DNA of 64,000 nucleotides, taken from NCBI GenBank assembly GCA_034669905.1, contig JAXMOL010000039.1, forward strand, positions 1-64,000, read 5' to 3'. Below the pieces are notes generated by a model. It had not been told where the DNA came from. It saw nothing but the letters and a program-made list of their open reading frames with translations, and ran no database searches. Below, piece after piece: positions 1 to 9,452 of the stretch. The first letter of the stretch is position 1. The number at the start of each line of letters is the position of its first letter. The translations under genes and the position numbers were made by a program. The stretch comes from Candidatus Hydrogenedentota bacterium. Lineage in GTDB: Bacteria; Hydrogenedentota; Hydrogenedentia; Hydrogenedentales; JAEUWI01.

Positions 1-126
1 GCTACCTTTGCCTTAAATGCGGGGGCATGATTACGTCGTTTACGTCGCATAGTTCTATCTCCTTGCTTCAAAGAATACGTCAGGAGATACACTTAACGCA
101 CTGTCCAGTTTTCGGGGTCCACTTCT

Positions 127-142
127 TGGCACAGCATTGGCA
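127..142 (+). promoter_or_regulatory. Putative sigma-54 (-24/-12) promoter upstream of hsp20
   Basis: TGGCACAGCATTGGCA has the GG-N10-GC spacing and matches TGGCAC-N5-TTGCW with one mismatch; about 95 bp upstream of the hsp20 start. Confidence 0.45.
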
Positions 143-236
143 ATAGGTAGGGCATCAAGGCAAACGCCACGGTGGAGCCCGCTGGGCCCACCCGATATAC
201 AAGGCAAACGAAGCGCAAACAGAAGGAGACCTTACC

Positions 237-683
237 ATGAGCAACATGTCCTGCAACAACGGCAATGCCCTTACGCCCTGGGTTGGATTTCGCGACCTGG
301 AAAACCACTTGGACCGCATCTTCCACGGGGTGGCTACGCCCAGTGGCTCAGGCAACTGGATGCCCCCGATGGACATTTACGAAACCGACGATGCCTATGT
401 GCTTGAAGCGGATCTGCCGGGCGTCAAGAAGGAAGATATCGGCCTTCAGATTGTGGAGGACCGTATCATCCTGAAAGGTGCTCGGAAACGGGAAGCTTCC
501 GAAAACGACCGGGGCTACCAGCATTATGAACGGACCGAAGGTCAATTTGAGCGGAGCTTCCGAATCCGTGGTGGCGTGGACAGCGAGAAAGTGGAAGCCC
601 ACTTTGAAAACGGGGTGCTCAGGGTCCAGATGCCGAAGCCCGAAACCGCCAAGCCCCGTCAGATTGACGTGAAAGTCAGCTGA
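237..683 (+). CDS. Small heat shock protein, Hsp20/alpha-crystallin family
   Basis: 148 aa; P-x-DIYET, ADLPG, ER..GQFERSF, A.FENGVL.V..PK and C-terminal I-x-V motif; AAGGAG RBS. Confidence 0.95.
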   Translation: MSNMSCNNGNALTPWVGFRDLENHLDRIFHGVATPSGSGNWMPPMDIYETDDAYVLEADLPGVKKEDIGLQIVEDRIILKGARKREASENDRGYQHYERTEGQFERSFRIRGGVDSEKVEAHFENGVLRVQMPKPETAKPRQIDVKVS

Positions 684-898
684 CCGACGCTCTTCTCCTC
701 CAACCCATTCGTGTATCCTCCGTTGCGCCCGTAGCGCGGCGGGGGATACGCGCTTTCAGGGGCCCCTTCGCCCATGACGACGATCGGAACGGCGGGGGAG
801 TTTGCGCCATGGGGACCGTCTTGATAAAGTCAGGGCGTGCCGGAGAGGAGAGCCTTTTCGGCGTTGACCGAACCTGACCCAGAGAAAGTCGCCAAGTC

Positions 899-1657
899 AT
901 GTCGCCCTCGCCGCGTTTAAGCCACGCCGAACTCCTCGAACTCAAACGGTGGAATACACCGACTATCTACAACGGATGGGAACAGATTACCCGTCACGAT
1001 GTGGCTACTGACGGGGTTAACTTGGAAGAGACGACCGACTTCATGCCACTCATGGGCCCCATGGTAGGCTACGCCGTCACCGTCGTCGCCGAGCCGAGCA
1101 ATGCCGCGCACAAGAGCGAGCATCCCGAAGCGGCCATGGAATACCTGCGCTATGTTGCCTCGGTACAGGGGCCAAAGATCGTCATTGTGCAAGACCTCGA
1201 TAAACCCCGGGTGTTGGGCTCTTTCTGGGGCGAAGTCAATGCGAACATTCACCGCGCGCTGGGCTGCGTGGGTACGATTACCGACGGCGCCATCCGCGAT
1301 TGGGACGAGATGTGCAACGCCGGCTTCAAGGCCTTGGCCCAGCGTTTTTGTGTGGGGCACGCCCATAGCTGGCCGGTGCGCTGGAATTGTGCGGTGGAAG
1401 TGTTCGGGCGGACCATTCAACCGGGGCAATTGATCCATGCGGATAAACACGGCTTCCTGGCCATCCCCGATGAAGACGCCCCCCAACTGCTCGATGCGTC
1501 GCGCTTTATGGATTCCAACGAATGCAGGACAGTTATCCCCGCAGGGCGGGGGGCAGTGGGCAAGTCGACCGAAGAGATACTGGCCGATATGGGAGCCGCG
1601 TCTCAGGCTTTCGGCATGGCCGTTAAAGAAAAATTTGGTAAGCAGGGGGAGTGGTAG
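899..1657 (+). CDS. RraA-like / HMG-CHA aldolase (demethylmenaquinone methyltransferase-like) family protein
   Basis: GYAVTV, FWGEVNA, GTITDGAIRD and PGQLIHADKHG motifs. Confidence 0.85.
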   Translation: MSPSPRLSHAELLELKRWNTPTIYNGWEQITRHDVATDGVNLEETTDFMPLMGPMVGYAVTVVAEPSNAAHKSEHPEAAMEYLRYVASVQGPKIVIVQDLDKPRVLGSFWGEVNANIHRALGCVGTITDGAIRDWDEMCNAGFKALAQRFCVGHAHSWPVRWNCAVEVFGRTIQPGQLIHADKHGFLAIPDEDAPQLLDASRFMDSNECRTVIPAGRGAVGKSTEEILADMGAASQAFGMAVKEKFGKQGEW

Positions 1658-1704
1658 ACACCCTTTACAGTCTTCCAGGCGTTTTGCAATCGAAGGAGTT
1701 TTTC

Positions 1705-2562
1705 ATGTTCAAAGCCGATAGTGTCCGACCGCTCGCCCTTGCGGTGTTGTGTTTCCTTTTTTCACCGGTGGCCATGGCCGCCACGGTTGTGCCCCTGTGG
1801 CCTGATCGTACCGATACCAGCCAGGAGACGGTGCAGCCCGACCGGGGAGATGGTGTGCTGCGCCTGACCGATATTGTCAATCCCTCGCTCGAAGTCTTTC
1901 TCGTTCCATCGCCTGACCAACCCACGCCGGCCGTGCTGGTTTGCCCGGGGGGTGGCTACAGTAAGCTGGCGTATAACAAAGAAGGCACTGAGATCGCCGC
2001 GTGGTTGAATGAACTTGGCGTCAGCGCCTTCGTGCTCAAGTACCGCGTGCCCGGCGACCGGGCAGGCGCGCTTGCCGACGCCCAACGGGCCATGGGGATA
2101 ATTCGCCAGCGCGCAGCGGCATGGAAAGTGGACCCGTCGCGGGTGGGCGTTCTGGGCTTTTCCGCGGGGGGACACCTGGCGGCGTCCGTGAGCACCCGCT
2201 ATTCCGACCGGGGCTACGAGCGCGTGGACGGGGCCGATGATCAACCCTGTCGGCCGGACTTTACCGTGCTGGTCTATCCGGCCTATCTTGCCACCGGAAA
2301 ATACACCGTAGTTCCGGAAATTCCTGTGGATGGCCAGACGCCCCCTGCCTTTATCGTACAAACACAAGATGATACGCACTACATCGACAGCAGCATCGCC
2401 TACTACACCGCATTGAAAGATGCGGGTGTTCCAGCGGAACTGCACCTTTTCCCGGTAGGCGGTCATGGCTACGGCATGCGTCCCTCGAAGAATGCCGTGT
2501 CAACGTGGCCCAACCTGGTGGCGCGGTGGCTGGACACGGTCGGTATACAGGCCTCCGAATAA
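1705..2562 (+). CDS. Secreted alpha/beta hydrolase (acetyl/feruloyl esterase-like)
   Basis: Signal peptide; CPGGGY oxyanion loop, GFSAGG nucleophile, QDD and GGHG; start moved to ATG 1705 behind an AAGGAG RBS. Confidence 0.85.
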   Translation: MFKADSVRPLALAVLCFLFSPVAMAATVVPLWPDRTDTSQETVQPDRGDGVLRLTDIVNPSLEVFLVPSPDQPTPAVLVCPGGGYSKLAYNKEGTEIAAWLNELGVSAFVLKYRVPGDRAGALADAQRAMGIIRQRAAAWKVDPSRVGVLGFSAGGHLAASVSTRYSDRGYERVDGADDQPCRPDFTVLVYPAYLATGKYTVVPEIPVDGQTPPAFIVQTQDDTHYIDSSIAYYTALKDAGVPAELHLFPVGGHGYGMRPSKNAVSTWPNLVARWLDTVGIQASE

Positions 2563-2575
2563 GGAGGGAGAGCGA

Positions 2576-4927
2576 TCAGTTGTTGATCGATGCGAGCGGC
2601 GCATACTGGGCTACCATTGCGTGCAGTGTGGCCATTTTCAGGGGCTTGCTGAGGTAATCGGTCATGCCGGACGCGATGCATCGCTCCCGCGCTCCCTGTG
2701 TCGCGCTGGCGGTCAGCGCAATGATAACGGCATCGCGGTAGCCCGGAAGCTTTCGAATCGCGCCCGTGGCCTGGTAGCCATCCATGACCGGCATTTCACA
2801 GTCCATAAAAATGATGTCGTATCGCAGGGTTCGTGCGGCCTCCAATGCCTTCGCGCCGTTTTCCACAATGTCTACCCGGACATCCAGTTTGGCGAGCATC
2901 TTGGCGGCTACCTTTTGATTGATGAGGTTGTCATCGGCGAGGAGGATGCGTGTCTGCGACGCTTTCTCAATGTCCGCAATGCTGTGGCGCGTTAGAATTT
3001 CGGGTTCCGTATTCGTGGGCGTCTTATGCTTTCGGGGCGATTGTTGAAAGAGGCGTTGGGCCGACTCAATAAGTCGGTGCTCTTTGGTGGGTTTCATCAG
3101 AAAGGCCGAGAATCCCGCGTCCTGGGCCAGGCGGGCGTGGCCCCGCTGGCTGACAGATGTCAGCAGGATGAGTCGGGTGTGCTCGGGACCAATGTACTCC
3201 AGCATCTTTCGACCGACTGTCAGGCCATCCATAACGGGCATCTGATAGTCCAGAATGGCGAGATGGAAGTATCGCCCCGCGTCGGCCTCTTCTTTGACAA
3301 TAGCGAGGGCCTTCGTCGGCTCTCCTACCACAACCACGTCCATGCCATGGCGGGTTAATTGTTCCCTGAGTATCTGACGATTGGTCTCGTTGTCATCCAG
3401 CACGAGGACCCGCTTCCCAGTCAATACTTCCAAGTCCACGAGGGTGGGTTCTACTGCTTTCGGTACGATGGGGAACTCTGCGGTGAACCAGAATTCAGAA
3501 CCTTTCCCCACTTCACTGGAGACACCGATTTCCCCATTCATATACTCGACCAGGCGCTTGCAGATTGCCAGTCCGAGGCCGGTTCCGCCGTGTTTTCGCG
3601 TGGTGGAAGCGTCTGCCTGGGCGAAGCGCTCAAAGATATGTTCCAGCTTGTCCTTGGGGATGCCTTCACCGGTATCGGACACCGATATGCGAAGTCGGAG
3701 GAGCTGATTCTCGGTGGAGAGGATCTGCGTATTGAGCGCGATTTCACCGGAATGGGTGAATTTGAGGGCGTTCGTGAGCAGGTTTAGTATGATCTGGCGC
3801 AGTCGCCCGGGGTCACCTTCCACATGATGGGTGAGTGGTGCGTTGAAGAGATAGAACATTTCGATTTCTTTGTTTGCCGCCGGTTCGGCCAGCAGGTCCA
3901 TGCAGTCTTCAATCGTGTGGCGAATATCGAATGTAATATTCTCGAAATCCAGTTTGCCCGACTCAATCTTAGAGAAATCCAGGATGTCATTGATGATGGT
4001 CAGGAGGCGGTCGGCCGACCGTTGTACCACCCGGGCATACTCGTGCTGATCCGGATCCAGGTGGGTGTCACAAAGTAATTCGGCCATACCGATGATGCCG
4101 TTCATTGGCGTGCGGATTTCGTGGCTCATGGTTGCCAGAAACTCCGATTTGGCCTCGTTGGCTGCCTTGGCTTCTTCGGCCGATTCTCGCGCCCGTCGCG
4201 TGGCTTCCAGAAGACCTCTGTTTTGCGCCTGAAGGGCTTTCTGGGCTTCTGCAAGCTCCCGGGTACGCTCTTCGACTTCCCGCTCTATCAAATCGTTGGT
4301 CTCTTGGAGCTGGGCCTTCTGCTGGGCGTCTGCCCGCATATCCCGCTGTCCCAATATGCATTGCCAGATGAGAAAGATGTCTTCGAAGACGACCCAGGCA
4401 GCATGTTCCATCCAGCGCCAGTGAGGGGCGGTAATGACACCAAATATGGATTGGGGCCAGTAGTAGTTCCGGAAAATGTGGTCGGCCAGCACGACCACCG
4501 AGGCCGTTATTAATACGCGCCAATCACGGTACATTGACAGGAAAGCAAGGGAACCGAAGATGTGGAAATGGGTCTCAATACGGCCCCCGGTGAGGTGAAT
4601 CAGCAGGGCGCCCATACACATTTGCCCGAAGGCGATGGCATGGCGGGTCAGGGTGGCACCCGGAAAACGCAGGGAGAGATAGACGGGGTAGGCAGTGACC
4701 AGACCGCCCAGCAGGAGGGCCGCAAAGAGGTGGGGGTGCCATTGACTTTCAATTCCTGACCAGGTCAGGGGGGTGAGCCAGAGTGCCGCCGCAATCCCCG
4801 CGATCCATTGGATTGGCATGAGGACAGCAAAGGACCGGTCTACACGAATTGTCAGATGGCGAAGGGAGGACTCCAGAAGAAAGCGTTCCCGATCGTTGTA
4901 TCGCTCGCTCGGTGCGGCTGTACTCAT
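2576..4927 (-). CDS. Hybrid sensor histidine kinase: His-rich multi-TM sensor (RedC-like) + HisKA + HATPase + two receiver domains
   Basis: [16 protein letters not shown]-box, N/G1/F/G2 boxes, two REC domains (LDYQMP, MDCEMP); N-terminal TMs with [17 protein letters not shown] 4927 overlaps the upstream stop (ATGA). Confidence 0.92.
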   Translation of the reverse strand: MSTAAPSERYNDRERFLLESSLRHLTIRVDRSFAVLMPIQWIAGIAAALWLTPLTWSGIESQWHPHLFAALLLGGLVTAYPVYLSLRFPGATLTRHAIAFGQMCMGALLIHLTGGRIETHFHIFGSLAFLSMYRDWRVLITASVVVLADHIFRNYYWPQSIFGVITAPHWRWMEHAAWVVFEDIFLIWQCILGQRDMRADAQQKAQLQETNDLIEREVEERTRELAEAQKALQAQNRGLLEATRRARESAEEAKAANEAKSEFLATMSHEIRTPMNGIIGMAELLCDTHLDPDQHEYARVVQRSADRLLTIINDILDFSKIESGKLDFENITFDIRHTIEDCMDLLAEPAANKEIEMFYLFNAPLTHHVEGDPGRLRQIILNLLTNALKFTHSGEIALNTQILSTENQLLRLRISVSDTGEGIPKDKLEHIFERFAQADASTTRKHGGTGLGLAICKRLVEYMNGEIGVSSEVGKGSEFWFTAEFPIVPKAVEPTLVDLEVLTGKRVLVLDDNETNRQILREQLTRHGMDVVVVGEPTKALAIVKEEADAGRYFHLAILDYQMPVMDGLTVGRKMLEYIGPEHTRLILLTSVSQRGHARLAQDAGFSAFLMKPTKEHRLIESAQRLFQQSPRKHKTPTNTEPEILTRHSIADIEKASQTRILLADDNLINQKVAAKMLAKLDVRVDIVENGAKALEAARTLRYDIIFMDCEMPVMDGYQATGAIRKLPGYRDAVIIALTASATQGARERCIASGMTDYLSKPLKMATLHAMVAQYAPLASINN

Positions 4928-5625
4928 AAGGCTACTTCCTGAGCTTCCCCGGGCACGGGGTGGCGAAGTGGACATCCGAAGACGGGGGTGCGATTGTGGT
5001 TAGGGACTTCTCCTCGGGCGAGGGCGCGAAGTGCACGCTCGCCGAAGTTGGCTCCCTCATGGCCACGAGAAGCCGTGAGCCCCCCCTGAAAAAGCAATTC
5101 TCCCTTTTTGTTATAGACAAGGGCAGTGCCCGACGTGGTGACCTGAAACGTTGCGCTATGACGCGCATCGGTATCTGTTTGCAGGGTCACGCCCGGTAGC
5201 CGTGCCGCCGCCGCCCGGTTGGGGCCTTCGCTCCAGTCATCGGGAGCACCTTCAGGCATGGGGAAGAGTACTATCGTTTCAAATGCTTCGGGAAAGTCAC
5301 TCAATACCCGATCCAGTTCGGCGATACCCGCTGCGGTGCAGGGACAGCGCGGATGCACGAAATAAATCAGCGTCGGGCGGAGGGGGAGTGATTCGGCATA
5401 GAACGCGGGGGGGAGTACGGCAGGGCTGCCAGAAGGTGCCGCCCCGACGAACTCGTAATGAAACAGGGTGACAAAACCAGCGATTAATGTGAAAACCCAA
5501 AGGACCAACACGGGATAGCGGGGGGCGCTTTGGGAGGGAGGCCGCGGTGTTGTAAGTAGCTGTTTTCCCGCGACGCACGATGGCGTTGGGGGACACTGCT
5601 CTCCATTCTCGGGGATGTACGCCAA
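4924..5625 (-). CDS. RedB-like membrane-anchored thioredoxin-fold protein
   Basis: One N-terminal TM, HPRCPCT motif, F.GGLT.SRGHEG.N.G, C-terminal PVFGC; start uncertain (TTG 5625 has a GGAGAGG RBS and lies downstream of the predicted promoter). Confidence 0.7.
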   Translation of the reverse strand: MAYIPENGEQCPPTPSCVAGKQLLTTPRPPSQSAPRYPVLVLWVFTLIAGFVTLFHYEFVGAAPSGSPAVLPPAFYAESLPLRPTLIYFVHPRCPCTAAGIAELDRVLSDFPEAFETIVLFPMPEGAPDDWSEGPNRAAAARLPGVTLQTDTDARHSATFQVTTSGTALVYNKKGELLFQGGLTASRGHEGANFGERALRALARGEVPNHNRTPVFGCPLRHPVPGEAQEVAL

Positions 5626-5668
5626 CTCGCCTCTCCCATATACCCCGTAAATCACTGCCAGATTCGTT

Positions 5669-5677
5669 ATTATAGCA
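5669..5677 (-). promoter_or_regulatory. Extended -10 promoter for the redB-like/kinase operon
   Basis: Minus strand reads TG-C-TATAAT, a perfect extended -10. Confidence 0.55.
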
Positions 5678-5713
5678 CAGATTTTTTCTCGATGTGGGAA
5701 TCTGCCGCTCGAT

Positions 5714-5759
5714 TTGACACGCAGGTCTTTGAAGTGCATAATTCAATCACGGAGTTGAA
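5714..5759 (+). promoter_or_regulatory. Sigma-70 promoter of the tetR-RND operon with overlapping palindromic operator candidate
   Basis: TTGACA (5714-5719), 17 bp, CATAAT (5737-5742); TTCAA-N8-TTGAA at 5742-5759 covers the predicted start site and RBS. Confidence 0.65.
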
Positions 5760-5761
5760 CT

Positions 5762-6439
5762 ATGGAATCCAGCCGAAGCATTCAACGGAAAGATGGCCGG
5801 TCTACGCGTAAGCGTATTCTGGAGGCTGCGCTGGTTGTTTTCGGGGAAAAAGGCTACCACGATACCACCCATGCCGAGGTCTGCGAACTGGCTGAGGCCA
5901 ACATTGCGGCCATCAACTACCACTTCGGTTCCAAGGAGCAACTCTACCGCGCCGTGTGCGAACATGCCATTGCCGCCATGGAATCCCAATTTCCCCCCGG
6001 GGGTAACGTGCCCGAATCCGCGCCGCTCGAAGCGCGCCTCCGCGGTCATATCGAAAGTATCATAAGGCGGGGCCACGTGGATGGACCCCTTCGATACTAC
6101 CATCGCATACGAATGACCGAACGTTTCAGTCCGACCGGGCTCGCCGATGACATATGGGAGGCCTGGTTCAAGAATCACTATGAGCGGTTACGTCCTATCA
6201 TCGCAGGCCTGCTGGGGGACGGTGCGACCCATGGGGAGATAGTGCGCTGTCAGATGAGCGTGATGAGCCAGTGTTTTATTGCCAATTCTATCTTGACCAG
6301 CGGTAAGCCCCACCACATTGAGGCAGCTCAGTTAGAAGATGAAACTACAGTTATCGATCATATAGTGCGATTTGGACTGGCGGGTGTGCGCGCCATGGCC
6401 GAGTCGCGTGCGGAAATATCCGGGGGACGGACTACATAA
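5762..6439 (+). CDS. TetR/AcrR family regulator (CecR/CerR-like)
   Basis: TRKRILEAA..VF.EKGY..TT..EV...A.AN.AAINYHFGSKE.LY HTH; directly upstream of an efflux operon. Confidence 0.92.
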   Translation: MESSRSIQRKDGRSTRKRILEAALVVFGEKGYHDTTHAEVCELAEANIAAINYHFGSKEQLYRAVCEHAIAAMESQFPPGGNVPESAPLEARLRGHIESIIRRGHVDGPLRYYHRIRMTERFSPTGLADDIWEAWFKNHYERLRPIIAGLLGDGATHGEIVRCQMSVMSQCFIANSILTSGKPHHIEAAQLEDETTVIDHIVRFGLAGVRAMAESRAEISGGRTT

Positions 6440-6588
6440 CATGGCAGATTACCGGCCCATGGGCGGGCGGGTGTAACCGCAAAGAACATTTCAGACACGA
6501 TCTAGCCGCAGGGGCGCATCTATTCTTACTAACGAAGTGACTTTTCTGGGGGCGTTTGTTTCCATTGCAGTACAAAAGGAACGACTAC

Positions 6589-8184
6589 ATGGCTTTTTTC
6601 ATAGAAGGGTGCCCGAAGGGTGCCATCCTGGCAATGGGAGGCATACTCTCCCTGGTGGCCACATCATGTGCCCACCATACGCCTGTGCCCCGTCACCAGG
6701 ATGAATTGCCCCTTCCTGATGCGTATACCCTCTACGGGCCGATGGAAGCCAGTGCGGATACGTGGTGGCAGGATTTTGAGTCGGATGAACTGAACCGTCT
6801 GGTTGACGAGGCCCTGGCCGGAAACCTGAGTATCGCCCAGGCCGCGGCACGTATACGTCAGGCGGGGGCCCTGGTGCAGCAGGCCACGTCCCTTCGTCGG
6901 CCTACCCTCAGCTACAGTGGAGACACGGCTATCAGCCGGAGTCGTACGGAAGTCGGCGGGGGAGAGTCCTCGCTGGATGCGACGACCCGGCGCTTGAATG
7001 CCATCAACGGCCTGCTTGGCGCGGCGACAGGCGGCACGGGGACCTTGCTTTCTGCGGTCGATCAGGTGCAACAGGGCAGGGACGCCATTACGTCATTGAA
7101 TGCTTCGGGACCCGACACGACCCTCACGGTGGATACAGACAGCTACGGGCTGGGTCTGACGGCAGGCTATGAAGTCGATCTCTGGGGGCGCCTGCGTGCG
7201 GGGGAAGAAGCCGCCGTGGCCGATTTCGAGGCCTCCCGGGAAGATGTCCATGCTGCGCTGCTCAGTGTGGTGGGGCAGGTGGTGATTACCTGGACGGATA
7301 GTATCGAAGTGAGCCGGGTATTAGAGGTGGTTCGGGGACAGCTTGAAACGAACAAGACCAATCTGGGGCTCATTGAGTTGCGCTATCGTAACGGATTAGC
7401 CACCACCCTTGATGTCTATCAGCAGCGCCAGGCGGTGGCAGAAACGGAGGCGGCATTGCCCTTCCTCGAAGCCCAGCAGGCCCTGCTTCAACATACCCTC
7501 GCCGTATTGCTGGGCAAGACGCCCAAAACTGATTTGGCGCTCGCTACCACCGAGTTTCCCACCGTGCTGCCCTTGCCGGAGCTCGGCCTGCCAAGTGACC
7601 TGCTTGCCCGACGCCCCGATGTGCGCGCGGCAGGGCTGCGGCTGCGTTCGGCGGATTGGGAAGTCAGCGCGGCCCAGGCAGACCGCTTACCCCAACTCCA
7701 ACTGACGGCCGGATTGAGTACGGACGTGGCGTCCCTCGGGTCGCTCTTTGATAATTGGGTGGCCCAGTTGGCCGCCAGTGTGACGGGCCCCCTCTTTGAC
7801 GGAGGGCGGCGGAAGGCCGAGGTGGAACGCACCCAGGCTGTCGTCGATGAACGTCTGGCGGCCTACCGACTGACAGTCTTAAATGCGGTGACCGAGGTAG
7901 AAGACGCACTCGTATTGATCGACCGCCAGGAAGCCTTTATTACCGCCCTCGCGGCCCAGTTGGCCGCGGCGCAGGACGCCCATCGGGAAGCCCTCGGCCG
8001 CTATCGTCAGGGGCTTACGGATTATCTGCCCGTACTGACCGCACTACGAAATCTTCAAGGGCTGGAACGCGATGTCGTCGAGGCCGCACACGATTTACAG
8101 GTATATCACGTCCAATTACGCCTGGCCCTGGGTGGCACCTGGATGGACGATGAACTCTATGACGCGAAGGAAATGGAATCATGA
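6589..8184 (+). CDS. Outer-membrane efflux factor lipoprotein (NodT/OprM/TolC family)
   Basis: Lipobox VATS-C; WW..F.S.ELN.LV..AL..N, YEVDLWG, LPSDLL.RRPDVRAA, PLFDGG; ATG 6589 with AAGGA RBS. Confidence 0.92.
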   Translation: MAFFIEGCPKGAILAMGGILSLVATSCAHHTPVPRHQDELPLPDAYTLYGPMEASADTWWQDFESDELNRLVDEALAGNLSIAQAAARIRQAGALVQQATSLRRPTLSYSGDTAISRSRTEVGGGESSLDATTRRLNAINGLLGAATGGTGTLLSAVDQVQQGRDAITSLNASGPDTTLTVDTDSYGLGLTAGYEVDLWGRLRAGEEAAVADFEASREDVHAALLSVVGQVVITWTDSIEVSRVLEVVRGQLETNKTNLGLIELRYRNGLATTLDVYQQRQAVAETEAALPFLEAQQALLQHTLAVLLGKTPKTDLALATTEFPTVLPLPELGLPSDLLARRPDVRAAGLRLRSADWEVSAAQADRLPQLQLTAGLSTDVASLGSLFDNWVAQLAASVTGPLFDGGRRKAEVERTQAVVDERLAAYRLTVLNAVTEVEDALVLIDRQEAFITALAAQLAAAQDAHREALGRYRQGLTDYLPVLTALRNLQGLERDVVEAAHDLQVYHVQLRLALGGTWMDDELYDAKEMES

Positions 8185-9452
8185 CAAAAGACGCACCCGA
8201 GAATAAGAACGCAGGTGGAAGCCTGTTGATGAGGGTGGTGGTCGTGCTGGCGAAGGCCGTCCTGCCCGTGGTAATCCTGGCGGCCGGAGCCGGTGCCGTG
8301 TACGGCATGATGAAGACGGCCCCCCAGGCGAAAAAAGGTGGGCATCCCCGTCAGGCCAAGCTGGTGACGGTTCTTGAAGCCGAGCAGGTATCTGTTCCCA
8401 TCGAGATCGAAGCGTGGGGTACGGTCATGGCCGCGCGGGAAGTTACCCTCAACCCCCAGGTGGCCGGTGAAATTATAGAAATCAGCCCCGCGATGGAGCC
8501 CGGGGGACGATTCCAGAAGGGCGAGACCCTCGTCCGGATAGAGGCAACAGACTATGAGCTTGCCAAGGAAATGCGCCGTGCCGAATTGACGCAAATGGAA
8601 GCCCAACGGGTTCTCGAGCGTGCCAATCAGGACGTGGCAAAACGGGAATATGAAGTGCTGGGGGAGTCCCTGGACGATAAGGAGAAATCACTGGTCCTCC
8701 GGGAACCCCAGTTGGCTTCGGCAACGGCCGAGGTGGCTGCCGCCCGCGCCATGCTGAATGATGCCGACCTGGATTTGAAGCGCACCGAGGTGAATGCCCC
8801 CTTTGATGCCCAGGTGGTGGAGAAGTATGTGGATCTCGGCACGCGGCTGACGACCCAGATGGAGATCGTCCGTCTCGTTGGTACGGACACCTACTGGGTA
8901 GAATTGGCGGTGCCCCAGAGTGACTTGCGGTGGATTGCCTTCCCCGAGGGAGACCAGCCGGGGTCCCGGGTGGTGTTTCGCCACAATAAAGTGTGGGGAC
9001 CTGAGCCGACCCGGGAAGGACGCGTTATCCGCCTGCTCCCTGAGCTTACGGCCGAGGGCAGTATGGTCCGTGTGCTTGTGGCTGTCGATGACCCACTTTG
9101 CCTGAAACCAGAGAATCAGGATAAGCCCCGGCTCCTGGTGGGCCAGTATCTCTCCGGAGTGATTGAAGGGCGCCAGCTCGACAACGTTTACGTGGTAGAC
9201 CGCAGCCTTCTTCGGAATGGCGATTGGGTCTGGATCATGAACGATGAGAACAAGCTGGAAGTGCGCGCCCTGGACGTCGCGTATCGGGGAAACCAGGAAG
9301 TCATTGCCCGTGGCGGTATCTCACACGGCGAACGGCTGGTAGCCACCGACATCGCCACTGTCGCGGATGGCATGGAATTGCGGGTGGACGAGCCGTCCTC
9401 CGGTGAAGAAGCGGTCACCCCGCCTTCTGGAAACGGTGAGGCCACATCATGA
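8181..9452 (+). CDS. RND efflux periplasmic adaptor (membrane fusion protein)
   Basis: N-terminal TM, L.PQVAGEI, GE.LV.I...DY and L.RT.V.APFD lipoyl/hairpin motifs; ATGA overlap with the upstream gene. Confidence 0.93.
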   Translation: MTKDAPENKNAGGSLLMRVVVVLAKAVLPVVILAAGAGAVYGMMKTAPQAKKGGHPRQAKLVTVLEAEQVSVPIEIEAWGTVMAAREVTLNPQVAGEIIEISPAMEPGGRFQKGETLVRIEATDYELAKEMRRAELTQMEAQRVLERANQDVAKREYEVLGESLDDKEKSLVLREPQLASATAEVAAARAMLNDADLDLKRTEVNAPFDAQVVEKYVDLGTRLTTQMEIVRLVGTDTYWVELAVPQSDLRWIAFPEGDQPGSRVVFRHNKVWGPEPTREGRVIRLLPELTAEGSMVRVLVAVDDPLCLKPENQDKPRLLVGQYLSGVIEGRQLDNVYVVDRSLLRNGDWVWIMNDENKLEVRALDVAYRGNQEVIARGGISHGERLVATDIATVADGMELRVDEPSSGEEAVTPPSGNGEATS

